Source: an uncultured Verrucomicrobiae bacterium
GTDB lineage: Bacteria > Verrucomicrobiota > Verrucomicrobiia > Limisphaerales > Palsa-1400
DNA length: 64,000 nucleotides
Direction: 5' to 3'
Assembly: GCA_963702845.1 (NCBI GenBank)
Contig: OY969763.1
Coordinates: forward strand, 1,568,001-1,632,000
Shown here: piece after piece, positions 20,301 through 29,596 of the stretch
Layout of the letters: every line of letters begins with the position of its first letter
How positions within the stretch are numbered: position 1 is the first letter of the stretch
Translations under genes and position numbers: made by a program
The notes under the pieces: generated by a model
Seen by the model: the letters and a program-made list of their open reading frames with translations, nothing else
The model's database searches: none
Told to the model about the DNA's origin: nothing

Positions 20301-22670
20301 GCGGCGACGAACGGCGGTGTCTACAACATCACTGGCTTGCCAAAAACGGCCACTGCCGCAACCCAGGTCATCACGTATCCCACAATGAACCTCGTCAACG
20401 AATTCGCGGTCAGTTCTGACGGAAACACCATCTACCTCGCAACTGGAGGTATCAATAACAGCACCGGGAACGGAATCGAACGCTGGGACAAGAGCGGCGC
20501 GACCTGGACCAGCAACGCCGTGTTCTCCACAGGCGTCGGTGCCCGCGGATTGGTCGTTGATTGGAGCGGATTTTCCGGTGGTGGCGCTACTGGTACCGGA
20601 GCGGTGGTTTATTTCACAACCGCTGAAACGAACGACAACAAGCTGGTGAAACTGGTTGATGCAGGGACGCCAACGATTACAACGCTGCAGAGTGCCGGCC
20701 CTAACCAAATCTTCCGTAGCGTCAAATTTGGTCCGGCGTCAATAGCTCCGACCATCACATGCCCGGCGCCTGTTTCTGTTCAATGCGACGGTGATGTGCC
20801 TGCGGCGGACTTCGCTGGCGGCAGCTCGACGGTCAGCTGTGGCACGGCGACTGTGACTCAAGTGGGTAGCGATTCCGTCTCCGGCTTCAACCCGAAGACG
20901 ATCACTCGCACGTATCAAGTCACAGACGGATGCGGCAACACCGCAACCTGCGCCCAGACCATCACGGTACAGGACACCACTCCTCCTGTCGTAACTCTTA
21001 ACGGCGCATCGGACGTGACGGTGGAATGTCACGACGCCTACGTTGATCCTGGCGCGGGTGCTAGCGACGCATGCGATGCAACAGTTGCTTCGACATCTCA
21101 GAGCGGCACAGTGAACCTGAATGCTGTGGGTGATTACACCCGCACCTATTCCGCCACTGACGTTGCGGGTAACACCGGCACGGCCACGCGGGCCATTCAC
21201 GTCGTTGACACAACCGCACCGGTTATCACGCTCAACGGCAGCAGCCCTGATACCGCTTGCCTCAACGGCGGTGCTTATGTTGATCCAGGCGCCACAGCGA
21301 ACGACGCCTGCCTCGGCTCGCTCGCTCCGGCTGCTGGCGGCGTAGTTGACACCACCACTGCGGGTTCATACACGCTGACCTACTTCGCAACCGATGGTGT
21401 TAATTCTTCTACCGCGACTCGCGTCGTAACTGTCGGAACCTGTGCGCCGTTCATCACTGCGCAACCGGTCAACCTGATCGTCACCACCAAGGGCTCCGCA
21501 ACGAACAGCGTCACTGCTGGCGGAACCGGACCGTTCGGCTATCAGTGGTACTTCATCAAGAACGGCACCACGACGCCGAAGAAGATGGTCAAGAGCTCGA
21601 CAATCCCGGCTGTGACCAACGCCACGCTTATCATCAACAACGTAGCTGGCCCGGCCAATAACGGCTCCTACTACTGTGTTGTCACCAACACCACCCTCCA
21701 CCTTGGTGCGCAGAGCGCCAATGGAACGCTGACGGTTTACGACGGACCGACGGTAACAATCGCTCCGCCGAGCAAGACGTTGCTGGCTGGTTTCAACTAC
21801 ACCATGGTTGCCAAAGTGACCAAGGGTGCGGTTGGTCAGACCCTGAGCTATCAATGGAAGAAAGAGGGAAACCCCATCCTTGGCGCAACCACCTCGACCT
21901 ACTCGCTGGTGAACATTCAGAACCCTCCTGATGCTGGGGTTTACTCCTGCACGGTGAGCAACAACTCGCCAACAAGTGGTACGGCCACCTTCACGCTGAC
22001 GGTCACTCAAGACACCGAAGTTCCCAAAGTGGTGCTCTTGTTGAAGCCGACAGACATGGCGGCCAAACACGCGTTGACGACCAACGACGTCCCACTCGAT
22101 GCGACCGGAACCAATCACGCGCCTGATGTCGACTTCATCGGCAAGGCAGTGGATAAAGGTCTAATCGTCTCAGCCTGGGTCAGCAACTCCGTCAATCAGG
22201 CGGTGTTCCCGGCGACATTCGTGAAGAAGATAACCGATCTGACGGGAACGAACACCTCGGCTGGCAAGCCGGCGTTCTTCCTCTCGCACGTGAGCCTGGT
22301 AGATGGAACCAACATCTTCTGGGGTTTGGCGACTGACTCGGATGGTAACACGACCAACACCGCGAAGGGCACCAAAGTGTTCTTCATTGCCAATCCGCAA
22401 GCGCTGACCTTGGCGAAGAGTGGAACTGGCAATATCACCTCGGTGACTGACACGACCACGAAGAACTGGGGCAACCCGACGAACACAGCAGTGCTCGCGG
22501 CTGGCCACAACTACACGATCAAGGCGACGCCAATCGGTCACCTCGTTACCTTCCAGAAATGGACCGTGTCAGATAGCACCGGGCCATTGGCTGATCAACT
22601 GGCCAATCCGTTGACCTTCACCATGACTCCTGGACGGACCAATACGGCTGTGTTTTCGAACCACCCGTAA
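17376..22670 (+). CDS. Giant secreted surface protein with Ig-like, propeller-like and DUF5011/HYR-like domains
   Basis: 1775-aa ORF; signal peptide from MKTKAL; many Ig units (ITTQP...YQW.K...DAG.Y.C); C-terminus shared with 8705-14888. Confidence 0.9.
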   Translation: MKTKALYPIIAGFMLASMNSLLAFPSFDPMSDASYTAGSSVAGKTDQGGDTWIGVATTTTAGSAPKLESFTFAPVTGLPAPTGTVAAHVTKPSAAAGGPGIRMDISAGGITTGTVYASMFLKCTNIANLASSTTAVTGGGIFCAALTADSGTTTGQPAQTAARLVFRKSANYSTAIPVYNIGVAKNRGTNAASGNPAAVYSSADFGTNDLLFVVLAYTFNSPATNDDVVKLWINPSSSSFGQATEPATAIQAGTAAVCTAANQPSSGAVAAGVLDDADAAKVGSFTVWARSTTQPDDMLIDEVRLGTTWAFVTGAPEISTQPAATATAGAGDNLTNSVVARSGSTATGSELTYQWFKGATLLSNGSSGNGSTYSGATTASLTISTAATTDSDTYKCVVANTMGSVTSSSSVVTVTGADPVITTQPPAATALTVNGTLNLSVVASTSNGPLTYKWQKDGANVVTDGTRIFGSTTSSLTINNLTAADAGNYLCSVTNALTAGTNSTTCVVTVSDPIITTQPSNVTTNYGTTATFHVVGSGSGTLTYQWRKAGVNLSNGASGSGSTYGNSQTDTLTIANVSFADQSASYTVVVTGAGTATSNNKSLIVKDPIINTPPADASATVGGSANFSVVAVGSGPITYQWLHITATTTNNVGAGAATLTLASITAADAGSYRCNVSGADGAIYPSANAVLTVLTPVSISEGPASRELKVGDHAAFTVVAAGTPPFSYGWSKDGSPISGATDSILAFSSLATGDAGSYTVSVTNLSGTASASASAVLAVRAGLHHLSTTNLVVTRVGDGAEPLIVTNGNTIYIDQYGTNGTYVSSMMIPDTGSGALVVAGQDNTGGALGLGEACLSPSPDGTVLTLSGYNVARPYNSLSSISTDNASVAPRGVGLITGSGNYQLGMRVTNSLITGGYRAVLTDNTQTNFWLVGGNMGVRYFNTGSTGAGVVIATGGTGGNNRFIGTFNGDIFMASAATNGGVYNITGLPKTATAATQVITYPTMNLVNEFAVSSDGNTIYLATGGINNSTGNGIERWDKSGATWTSNAVFSTGVGARGLVVDWSGFSGGGATGTGAVVYFTTAETNDNKLVKLVDAGTPTITTLQSAGPNQIFRSVKFGPASIAPTITCPAPVSVQCDGDVPAADFAGGSSTVSCGTATVTQVGSDSVSGFNPKTITRTYQVTDGCGNTATCAQTITVQDTTPPVVTLNGASDVTVECHDAYVDPGAGASDACDATVASTSQSGTVNLNAVGDYTRTYSATDVAGNTGTATRAIHVVDTTAPVITLNGSSPDTACLNGGAYVDPGATANDACLGSLAPAAGGVVDTTTAGSYTLTYFATDGVNSSTATRVVTVGTCAPFITAQPVNLIVTTKGSATNSVTAGGTGPFGYQWYFIKNGTTTPKKMVKSSTIPAVTNATLIINNVAGPANNGSYYCVVTNTTLHLGAQSANGTLTVYDGPTVTIAPPSKTLLAGFNYTMVAKVTKGAVGQTLSYQWKKEGNPILGATTSTYSLVNIQNPPDAGVYSCTVSNNSPTSGTATFTLTVTQDTEVPKVVLLLKPTDMAAKHALTTNDVPLDATGTNHAPDVDFIGKAVDKGLIVSAWVSNSVNQAVFPATFVKKITDLTGTNTSAGKPAFFLSHVSLVDGTNIFWGLATDSDGNTTNTAKGTKVFFIANPQALTLAKSGTGNITSVTDTTTKNWGNPTNTAVLAAGHNYTIKATPIGHLVTFQKWTVSDSTGPLADQLANPLTFTMTPGRTNTAVFSNHP

Positions 22671-22718
22671 TTGGAAATTGATTCACAAGGCGTCCTGCTT
22701 CGGCAGGACGCCTTTTTT
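21462..22718 (+). repeat. ~1.2 kb direct repeat, copy 2 (C-terminal module plus terminator)
   Basis: Matches ~13690-14936; left boundary approximate. Confidence 0.85.
22687..22718 (+). terminator. Rho-independent terminator
   Basis: AAGGCGTCCTGC-TTCG-GCAGGACGCC-TTTTTT. Confidence 0.9.
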
Positions 22719-22780
22719 GTTTGGAAGGCGGTCGTTCGTTTCACCTTTGCACTTTAGACACTTGCGGCTACCTTGCTCCC

Positions 22781-23605
22781 GTGTTCTGGAATACCGGTAA
22801 AAACTATTTCCTGCTCGCCGTAATCGCTTACGGCTTGAGCATGATTTACTCCGTGTTCCTCTGGCGCAAGGGCTTGCGGCGCGATGACCGCATCAATTAC
22901 GGCCTCCTGTTAGCAGGCCTCGGACTGCACACCTACTCAATGGTTTTGCGCGGTGCCAGCCTTCAACATTGCCCGGTCAACAACATCTACGAAGCAATTT
23001 CCTTTGTAATTTGGACCATCGTCGCCGTCTACGCCGTAGCCGGCGTGATGCCGCGCTTGCGCTTCATTGGAGTGTTCGCGTCGCCCATCGTTTTCGTTAT
23101 GGGCGTCTTCGCGCTCATGCCTGGACTCGACCCCATTTACAAAGACAAACCGGTTTTCCAAAGCGACCTTTCCAGCATTCACGGCGCTCTCAGTTTGCTC
23201 TCGTATGGCGCTTTCGGTTTGGCGTGTGTCGCCGGGCTCATGTATCTCAGCCAGGAGCACGATCTTAAGTTCAACAAATTCCGCGCCGTCTTCTCGATCA
23301 TGCCGGCTATCGATCGCCTGGAAAAAATTATGAACGGCCTTCTCATCGCTGGCTTCGTCCTGTTCACGTGCGGGTTTGCGATTAGCCTGGTATTGCTCAA
23401 CCAACAGTTCCACACCTGGTTCAATCTCGACATCAAATTGATCTGGTCCTGCATCGTCTGGGTGATTTACCTCGCGCTGCTCCTGATGCGTGGGCCGTTT
23501 GCCCAGACTGGACGTCGCTTCGCGTGGGGCGCCGTTGCCAGTTTTGTTTTCATTTCCCTGACGTTCTGGGGAATTAACCCAATGTCGGCAGCTCATCGAT
23601 TCTAG
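22781..23605 (+). CDS. Cytochrome c assembly family membrane protein (CcsA/HemX-like)
   Basis: About 8 TM helices, IH..LSLLSYGAF, DIKLIWS..VW..Y; directly upstream of hemA; GTG start chosen. Confidence 0.85.
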   Translation: MFWNTGKNYFLLAVIAYGLSMIYSVFLWRKGLRRDDRINYGLLLAGLGLHTYSMVLRGASLQHCPVNNIYEAISFVIWTIVAVYAVAGVMPRLRFIGVFASPIVFVMGVFALMPGLDPIYKDKPVFQSDLSSIHGALSLLSYGAFGLACVAGLMYLSQEHDLKFNKFRAVFSIMPAIDRLEKIMNGLLIAGFVLFTCGFAISLVLLNQQFHTWFNLDIKLIWSCIVWVIYLALLLMRGPFAQTGRRFAWGAVASFVFISLTFWGINPMSAAHRF

Positions 23606-23607
23606 CC

Positions 23608-24687
23608 GTGTCCATCATCGTCATCGGATTAAGCCACCGTTCTTCGCCCGTATCCGTGCGCGAACGGTTTGCGTTTGCCGACGCCATCGTGCCGCAGGTT
23701 CTCGAAAAAATCCGCAACGAAGGCATCGCCACCGAAGCCGTCATTCTATCGACCTGCAATCGCGTCGAAATTTACGCCGCCACGCAGCTGTCGCAAATGG
23801 ACGCCATTTGCGCGCTACGCAAATTTTTGGTCGACCACCACAAATACGACGGCTCGCTGACCACCGAAATTTACGCGCACGGCCAACCGCACAGCGTCGA
23901 GCATCTTTTTAAAGTTGCCTGCGGCCTTGATTCCATGGTCCTCGGCGAGACCGAAATTCTCGGCCAACTCAAGAAAGCCTATCAACTCGCACTCGAAGCC
24001 AAATCCACCGGCGCGCGCCTGAACAAAGCCTTTCAAAAAGCCTTCAACGTCGCCAAGCAAGTCCGCACCGACACCAACATTCAACGCGGCAGCATTTCCG
24101 TTGGCTCCGTCGCCGTCGAACTCGCCGAAAAGATTTTCAGCCATCTCGACGAACGCCACGTCATGATCATCGGGGCAGGGGACACCGGCGAAAAAACCGC
24201 GCGCGCGCTCCTGAGCCGCGGTGCCAAGAGCATCATTGTTTCCAATCGCTCTTACGATCGCGCCGTCACATTGGCGCAGGAGTTCAACGGTCGCGCCGTC
24301 CACTTCGACGATTGGGCCAGCGAGTTCGCCGGCGTCGACATTATCATCAGCAGCACCGCCGCGCCCCATTGCATTTTGAATCGCGCCAAACTCGAGCCGC
24401 TGATGAAGCTGCGCAAAAACCGTTCGCTGCTCCTCATCGATATCGCCGTCCCGCGCGACATCGATCCTGACGTGAATTACCTGCAGAACGTCTACCTCTA
24501 CAACATCGACGACCTGCAGACCATGGCCGAGGGTTACCTCAATCTACGTCGCGAAGAAATCGCCCGCTGCGAAACCATCATTCGCGAAAAAGCCGCCTCA
24601 CTCATTCCCAACACGATTCCGCAATCGACAGCGAACCACGGCACCGGCATTCTCGCGCCAGTCCGGCTTCTGACCAGTGACAACTGA
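23608..24687 (+). CDS. hemA: Glutamyl-tRNA reductase
   Basis: STCNRVEIY, GLDSMVLGETEILGQ, IGAG, DIAVPRDI. Confidence 0.97.
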   Translation: MSIIVIGLSHRSSPVSVRERFAFADAIVPQVLEKIRNEGIATEAVILSTCNRVEIYAATQLSQMDAICALRKFLVDHHKYDGSLTTEIYAHGQPHSVEHLFKVACGLDSMVLGETEILGQLKKAYQLALEAKSTGARLNKAFQKAFNVAKQVRTDTNIQRGSISVGSVAVELAEKIFSHLDERHVMIIGAGDTGEKTARALLSRGAKSIIVSNRSYDRAVTLAQEFNGRAVHFDDWASEFAGVDIIISSTAAPHCILNRAKLEPLMKLRKNRSLLLIDIAVPRDIDPDVNYLQNVYLYNIDDLQTMAEGYLNLRREEIARCETIIREKAASLIPNTIPQSTANHGTGILAPVRLLTSDN

Positions 24688-24709
24688 CCACTGATACCGC
24701 ACAACTGAC
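24668..24709 (+). repeat. Six degenerate heptamers at the hemA-hemC junction
   Basis: TTCTGAC CAGTGAC AACTGAC CACTGAT ACCGCAC AACTGAC, ending at the hemC ATG. Confidence 0.65.
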
Positions 24710-25690
24710 ATGCCCGAAAAACCAATCATCATCGCGACCCGTGGCAGCGCTCTCGCCCTCGCGCAAGCGAACAAAGTCCTCGCCGATTGCCGGGAAAAAT
24801 TTCCGAAGCTCACCTTCGAAATCAAAATCATCAAAACCACTGGCGATAAATTGCAAACGGCCTCGATGGCGCGCATCGATGCCAACTTACCACGCGGTTT
24901 GTTCACCAAAGAACTCGAAGTCGCGCTCCTCAACGGTGAGGCCGATTTCGCCGTGCACAGTCTCAAAGATCTGCCGACCGAACTTCCCCCCGGCCTGACG
25001 CTTGGCGCCGTCGGCGGCAAACGTGCCGACGTCCGCGACGTGTTAATTTATCGCGAAGCTTCCGCAACCCAAACCGCCAGTCGCGGTTTCAAACCCGGAA
25101 CGACGCTAAAAGATTTTCCTGCTAGCACAGTCGTCGCTACAAGCAGCACCCGTCGCAAAGCGCAACTGCTCGCGCTCAAGCCCGACCTTAAAGTTGTCGA
25201 AATTCGCGGCAACGTTGCCACGCGCCTGCAAAAACTCGCTGACAACGCCGAGATCGACGCCACCGTCCTCGCCGCCGCTGGCCTCGGCCGCCTCAATTTC
25301 ACCATCACACCCGAAGGCTGTCTCATCGGCGATGCTGTCCCGGACGGCACGCTCGCAGTATTACTCGACGTCGACAAAATGCTCCCGTGCGTGGGGCAGG
25401 GCGCCATTGGTCTCGAAACGCGCGAAAACGACGCACGCATCAGCGCCATCGTCGCTGGCCTCGACGATTTCAACACCTTCCACTGCGTCACCGCCGAACG
25501 TGCCTTGCTTCGCGGCATGGGCGGCGGTTGCCAAACTCCCATCGGCGCTTACGCCGAAGTGGTGAACCAAAATATTTTTCTGCGCGCCGTGAGTTTCATG
25601 GAAGCCACCGTCAAACGCGTCGAAGGCACCCGTCCCATCGCCGAAGCCGCCGCACTCGGCCAGGAACTAGCCGCAAAACTGAAGTCTTAA
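24710..25690 (+). CDS. hemC: Hydroxymethylbilane synthase
   Basis: ATRGSALALAQA, GLFTKELE, AVHSLKDLP, GGCQTPIG. Confidence 0.97.
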   Translation: MPEKPIIIATRGSALALAQANKVLADCREKFPKLTFEIKIIKTTGDKLQTASMARIDANLPRGLFTKELEVALLNGEADFAVHSLKDLPTELPPGLTLGAVGGKRADVRDVLIYREASATQTASRGFKPGTTLKDFPASTVVATSSTRRKAQLLALKPDLKVVEIRGNVATRLQKLADNAEIDATVLAAAGLGRLNFTITPEGCLIGDAVPDGTLAVLLDVDKMLPCVGQGAIGLETRENDARISAIVAGLDDFNTFHCVTAERALLRGMGGGCQTPIGAYAEVVNQNIFLRAVSFMEATVKRVEGTRPIAEAAALGQELAAKLKS

Positions 25691-25821
25691 GCATTCCGGA
25701 GTGCGGGTGTCCACTCCCGCAGCAACATCAATCGCCGGACACGCTCCCCACATCGCGAAGCATCTTGGACTGCGGCTGCGACGCCGACGTTCGGCCCCTC
25801 TTTCGCTTTTGCATTTACCAC

Positions 25822-26574
25822 TTACTTCCGCGAACTCCGCATCACAAAATCCCGCGTGCGCTGAAACTGCGGATTATCAAAAACTTTTTCCGGCGGCCCG
25901 GACTCCGCGATGCGCCCGCCATCAAAAAACAAAACCTCATCGGCCATATCGCGCGCGAACTGCATCTCGTGCGTGACCACGATCATCGTCATTCCTTCCT
26001 CGCACAAATCGCGCATCACCTTCAACACTTCATTGCGCAGCTCGGGATCGAGCGAGCTCGTCGGTTCGTCGAACAACATCACCTGCGGCCGCATCGCCAG
26101 CGCCCGCGCAATCGCCACTCGCTGTTGTTGCCCGCCGGAAAGCTGCATCGGATACGCATCCGCTTTGTGTTCCAGGCCGATCTTTTGCAAAAGCATCCGC
26201 GCCCGCGTCTCGGCTTCCTCTTTCGATTCGCCTTTCACCACCATCGGCGCTTCCGTGATGTTGCGCAGCACCGTGAGATGCGGGAATAAATTGAAACTTT
26301 GAAACACCATGCCGGCGCGCAAACGCAACTGCCGTTGCTGCTCGCGCTCGATGGAATTCTGCGGCGCACGCCCGCCTTCAATCGTCACGCCATCAATCGT
26401 GATCCGACCCGAGTCCGCGATTTCCAATTGGTTCAAGCACCGCAAGAACGTGCTCTTGCCGCAACCGCTCGGCCCGATCAACACGACCGCTTCGCCGAGT
26501 TTCTGCTCGTGATTCACGCCGTGCAGCACGCGAGTTGCCTTATACGATTTGACCAATTGCTCAACGACAATCAT
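25822..26574 (-). CDS. Polar amino-acid ABC transporter ATP-binding protein
   Basis: GPSGCGKST, LSGGQQQRVAIARALA, FDEPTS. Confidence 0.95.
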   Translation of the reverse strand: MIVVEQLVKSYKATRVLHGVNHEQKLGEAVVLIGPSGCGKSTFLRCLNQLEIADSGRITIDGVTIEGGRAPQNSIEREQQRQLRLRAGMVFQSFNLFPHLTVLRNITEAPMVVKGESKEEAETRARMLLQKIGLEHKADAYPMQLSGGQQQRVAIARALAMRPQVMLFDEPTSSLDPELRNEVLKVMRDLCEEGMTMIVVTHEMQFARDMADEVLFFDGGRIAESGPPEKVFDNPQFQRTRDFVMRSSRK

Positions 26575-26585
26575 ATACGTTCAAT

Positions 26586-26662
26586 GGTTGGGCGCGTCGC
26601 TCCGCGCGCACCGCTTGTTTCCATTTTCCGCTCTCTTCGTTCCCTTCGTTTCCTTCTGTTCA
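26586..26662. repeat. REP-like palindrome followed by a 9-bp-period pyrimidine repeat
   Basis: GGTTGGGCGCGTCGCTCCGCGCGCACC, then CTCTCTTCG TTCCCTTCG TTTCCTTCT GTTCA. Confidence 0.5.
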
Positions 26663-26668
26663 CGTTTG

Positions 26669-28267
26669 TTATCTCCGCTCATACGCCAGTCTCCGTTCCA
26701 AATAGTTGGCAAAAATCGACGCCGGATAACTCAGCGCGAAATAAATTGCCGCCGTCATTAAACCCAACCCGATATAATCGTAAGTGGACATTGCCAGCAT
26801 GCCGTAGACCTTCGTCAGTTCGACCATGGTGATGACCGAGACGATAGACGAATCCTTGAACATCGCGATGAAATCGTTCGTCACTGGCGGGATGATCATT
26901 CGCATTGCCTGCGGCAAAATGATATGGCGCACATATTGTTTGCGCGTCATCCCGAGCGCTTGCGCCGCTTCCGTTTGCCCGTGTGGAATCGCCTGGATAC
27001 CGGCGCGATAATTCTCCGCTTCATTCGCCGCGTAATTCAAACCCAGCCCGATGATCGCCGCGAAAAACGCGTTCAACCGAATCCCGACCTGCGGCAGCCC
27101 GTAATAAATCAAAAACAACTGAATCAACAACGGCGTCCCGCGCATCACCTCCACATACGCCCTGGCGAACCAGCGCAAGGGCGCGACCCCATACAACCGC
27201 ATCAACACAATGATCAAGCCAACGACCACCGCCAACGCCATCGCCAGTACCGAAATCTCCACCGTCACCACCGCGCCGCGCAAGAGTAGGGGAAGATACT
27301 TCGACCATTGGCGAATCGTTGAAACGTTCGTTGGCGTAACGTTCGCTTCTGCTTTGTCGCTTGCTGCTTGAGCAGGCGTAGGTTCGACTTTTTTCCGGTG
27401 CTGCAGCGCTATCTGTCTTGCATCCCAAACATCGTATTTGCTGTAGATGCGCTCATAAGTTCCATCGTTTGCGAGTTCTGTCAGCGCCTTGTTGATCGCT
27501 GCTAACAAGTTCGTGTCTGCCTTCCGTACGCCGGCAGCGTAATATCCAGGCGCGAACGACTTGCCGGCAAACTGCACCTCCACGTCCGGCTTCGCATAGA
27601 ACTGCGCCGTTGGCAGGTCCATTACGGCTGCGTCGATTCGGTGCGCTTTTAAGTCTCGCAAGGTCTCGACGTTGCCTGGATAGGACATCAAATTGATCCC
27701 GCCGGTCTTATCAAGCAGCTTCCACGAAACCGAGGACGACAAGACGCCAACGGTAAGTCCCTTTAATTCCTCCAACGAATCCATCCGCCTCGTGCGCTTG
27801 AGCACAACGATCTGCTGCGCATACACGAAGTAAGGAATCGACATCGCAATGTGCCGCTGATTCTGCTGCGTGAGTTCGAGGCCGTTCAGGATGATATCGA
27901 ATCCGCCGCGGTCCAGTGCGGGGATGAGTTGGTCCCATTGATTTTGGACGAACTTTGCTTTCACCCCGAGCTTCGCGGCCAGGGCATCGGCCAACTCCTT
28001 CTCAAACCCGATCAATTCATCCGGCCTATCGGGATTTGGATACACGTAGGGTGCACCGCCTTCGGCATCGCCGCCCCACGCAAGAACACCGGACTCTTTT
28101 ATTTTCGCGAAAGTATCCTGAGAAAAAGCAGACGAAATTCCGGCTGCGACCAGTAGAACAACTAAGAAACTGCAAAACGTAACGCGCGATAAACGCGATG
28201 CGCAACTCACGAGTGCGACAATAGCACGTCTGTGTACAATGCAAGTAATGTTTAAAACCTTTTTCAA
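26669..28267 (-). CDS. Amino-acid ABC transporter, fused substrate-binding domain and permease
   Basis: SBP family 3 domain (GGAPY, WDQLIPALDRG) followed by RGTPLLIQLF and EAA loop; start uncertain. Confidence 0.92.
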   Translation of the reverse strand: MKKVLNITCIVHRRAIVALVSCASRLSRVTFCSFLVVLLVAAGISSAFSQDTFAKIKESGVLAWGGDAEGGAPYVYPNPDRPDELIGFEKELADALAAKLGVKAKFVQNQWDQLIPALDRGGFDIILNGLELTQQNQRHIAMSIPYFVYAQQIVVLKRTRRMDSLEELKGLTVGVLSSSVSWKLLDKTGGINLMSYPGNVETLRDLKAHRIDAAVMDLPTAQFYAKPDVEVQFAGKSFAPGYYAAGVRKADTNLLAAINKALTELANDGTYERIYSKYDVWDARQIALQHRKKVEPTPAQAASDKAEANVTPTNVSTIRQWSKYLPLLLRGAVVTVEISVLAMALAVVVGLIIVLMRLYGVAPLRWFARAYVEVMRGTPLLIQLFLIYYGLPQVGIRLNAFFAAIIGLGLNYAANEAENYRAGIQAIPHGQTEAAQALGMTRKQYVRHIILPQAMRMIIPPVTNDFIAMFKDSSIVSVITMVELTKVYGMLAMSTYDYIGLGLMTAAIYFALSYPASIFANYLERRLAYERR

Positions 28268-28448
28268 AATTCATGTGTGGGAGACGAAGTGATGAGTCTC
28301 AAACCTGGGTCTGGATGCAGGAGACGAAGGTTATTCAGTGAGACCGGCGTAACCCACAATCCGGAATTTCGGAAACGAATCACCAAAACCGAGTTCCTCA
28401 CCTGTTTCATTTTCCTGAGTTCCTGAACGCTGAACACTTTCAGCATCT

Positions 28449-29026
28449 TTAGTCTCGAAACCATACCCAGTAATTACCTGGATCAAGGAAGATGACCCCG
28501 AGGTAGCAGCCCACGGAAAGCGCAGCGAGCCCCATGAGAAGCCACCAGCGAAAGTGCCGATCCTCGCCTCGACGCAGAATGCCCAGCCCAACTGCTGCGA
28601 CTCATGTGGCAGCACCTGCAATGTGTAGGTCTCGACGACAACGTCGAACGCTCCAATCCAATGCTGGGGAGCGGAAAACAGGTCAGCTACGACGTAAGCC
28701 ACACTCGAAACTGGGAAACGCTGATGGCACTGGGCTATGGCGGTAGGAGAGATGTCAAAGGCCGTGGTCTCCCAACCTCTACTGGCCATCCACTCAGAGT
28801 CATCACCAAGGCCGCATCCGACCTTCAGAGCGGAACCACTCTGTGGAAGCGGTGCAATCCGAGACGTCAAATCAATCAGATTCGGGTTTGGGCGAAGGTC
28901 TGCCCAAGGAATGGGAGTGCCAGCATGAAGTGCCTCCTGATAAAGCTCCTCAAACCAAGCGAGCGGCTCACCGCGACCCAAGGCGGCCTGCGCGAGTTCT
29001 CTGGCTCTGGCTCTCTTTGTGGACAC
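28449..29026 (-). pseudogene. Last integron cassette: 3'-truncated SAM-dependent methyltransferase abutting the 3' remnant of another membrane-protein gene
   Basis: VGCGLGDD, FDISPTAI, FDVVVETYTLQVLP, then similarity ends near 28605. Another frame reads ...RWWLLMGLAALSVGCYLGVIFLDPGNYWVWFRD* (stop 28449-28451). No clear downstream attC. Confidence 0.65.
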
Positions 29027-29044
29027 GGGTGATCCTATTGGCTG

Positions 29045-29167
29045 GGCGAACAATTAGCTCAGCCACAGCCGCCGAAGCGCGAGGTGGCCGAAGCCGGTGA
29101 CAACAGAATACTCATTGCGATAGAAATGCCAAGTGCGGCGGCTGTTGGCTGCAGCGCATGGTTAGGC
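29045..29167 (-). other. attC site 1
   Basis: Minus strand: GCCTAAC-CATGC-GCTGCAGC...GCTGAGC-TAATT-GTTCGCC. Confidence 0.9.
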
Positions 29168-29173
29168 AATAAG

Positions 29174-29476
29174 TCATAGGTCATCAGCGGAGCCACCGAT
29201 CATCCGAATGAAGACGCGAGTAATGGCGACTAGGGCTAACGGGATCAATGGATAAAACCACCTCAGGTTGGGGTAATGAGGTCGCAGCATGATCATCGCA
29301 ATGATGCCGCTCGCAACGAGAATGACTTCGAGCCAAATCAGATGCCGCCAGTTGTATTCCAACCGGAGACTTTCCAACGCCTCATCCGGAAAAATGATCA
29401 GTACGGCAACGCCAAGAAACATGTAGCCGTAGCAAGGCGTGTGATTCGAGCTTCCGAGTAATGCAAACGCAATCAT
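29174..29476 (-). CDS. Cassette-borne small membrane protein
   Basis: Hydrophobic ~100-aa ORF filling the interval between attC2 and attC1; start may lie a few codons upstream. Confidence 0.7.
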   Translation of the reverse strand: MIAFALLGSSNHTPCYGYMFLGVAVLIIFPDEALESLRLEYNWRHLIWLEVILVASGIIAMIMLRPHYPNLRWFYPLIPLALVAITRVFIRMIGGSADDL

Positions 29477-29505
29477 CTTGTAATTGGTGTGCGCATGGTG
29501 GTAGT

Positions 29506-29596
29506 GCCTAACGAAATCAGCTCAGCCAGCCCGTGTCAACAAACGTGAACCGCGAAGCGGAATGGAGAGCGGCTTGGCTGCAGCGCATGGTTAGAG
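29506..29596 (-). other. attC site 2
   Basis: Minus strand: CTCTAAC-CATGC-GCTGCAGC...GCTGAGC-TGATTTC-GTTAGGC. Confidence 0.9.
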
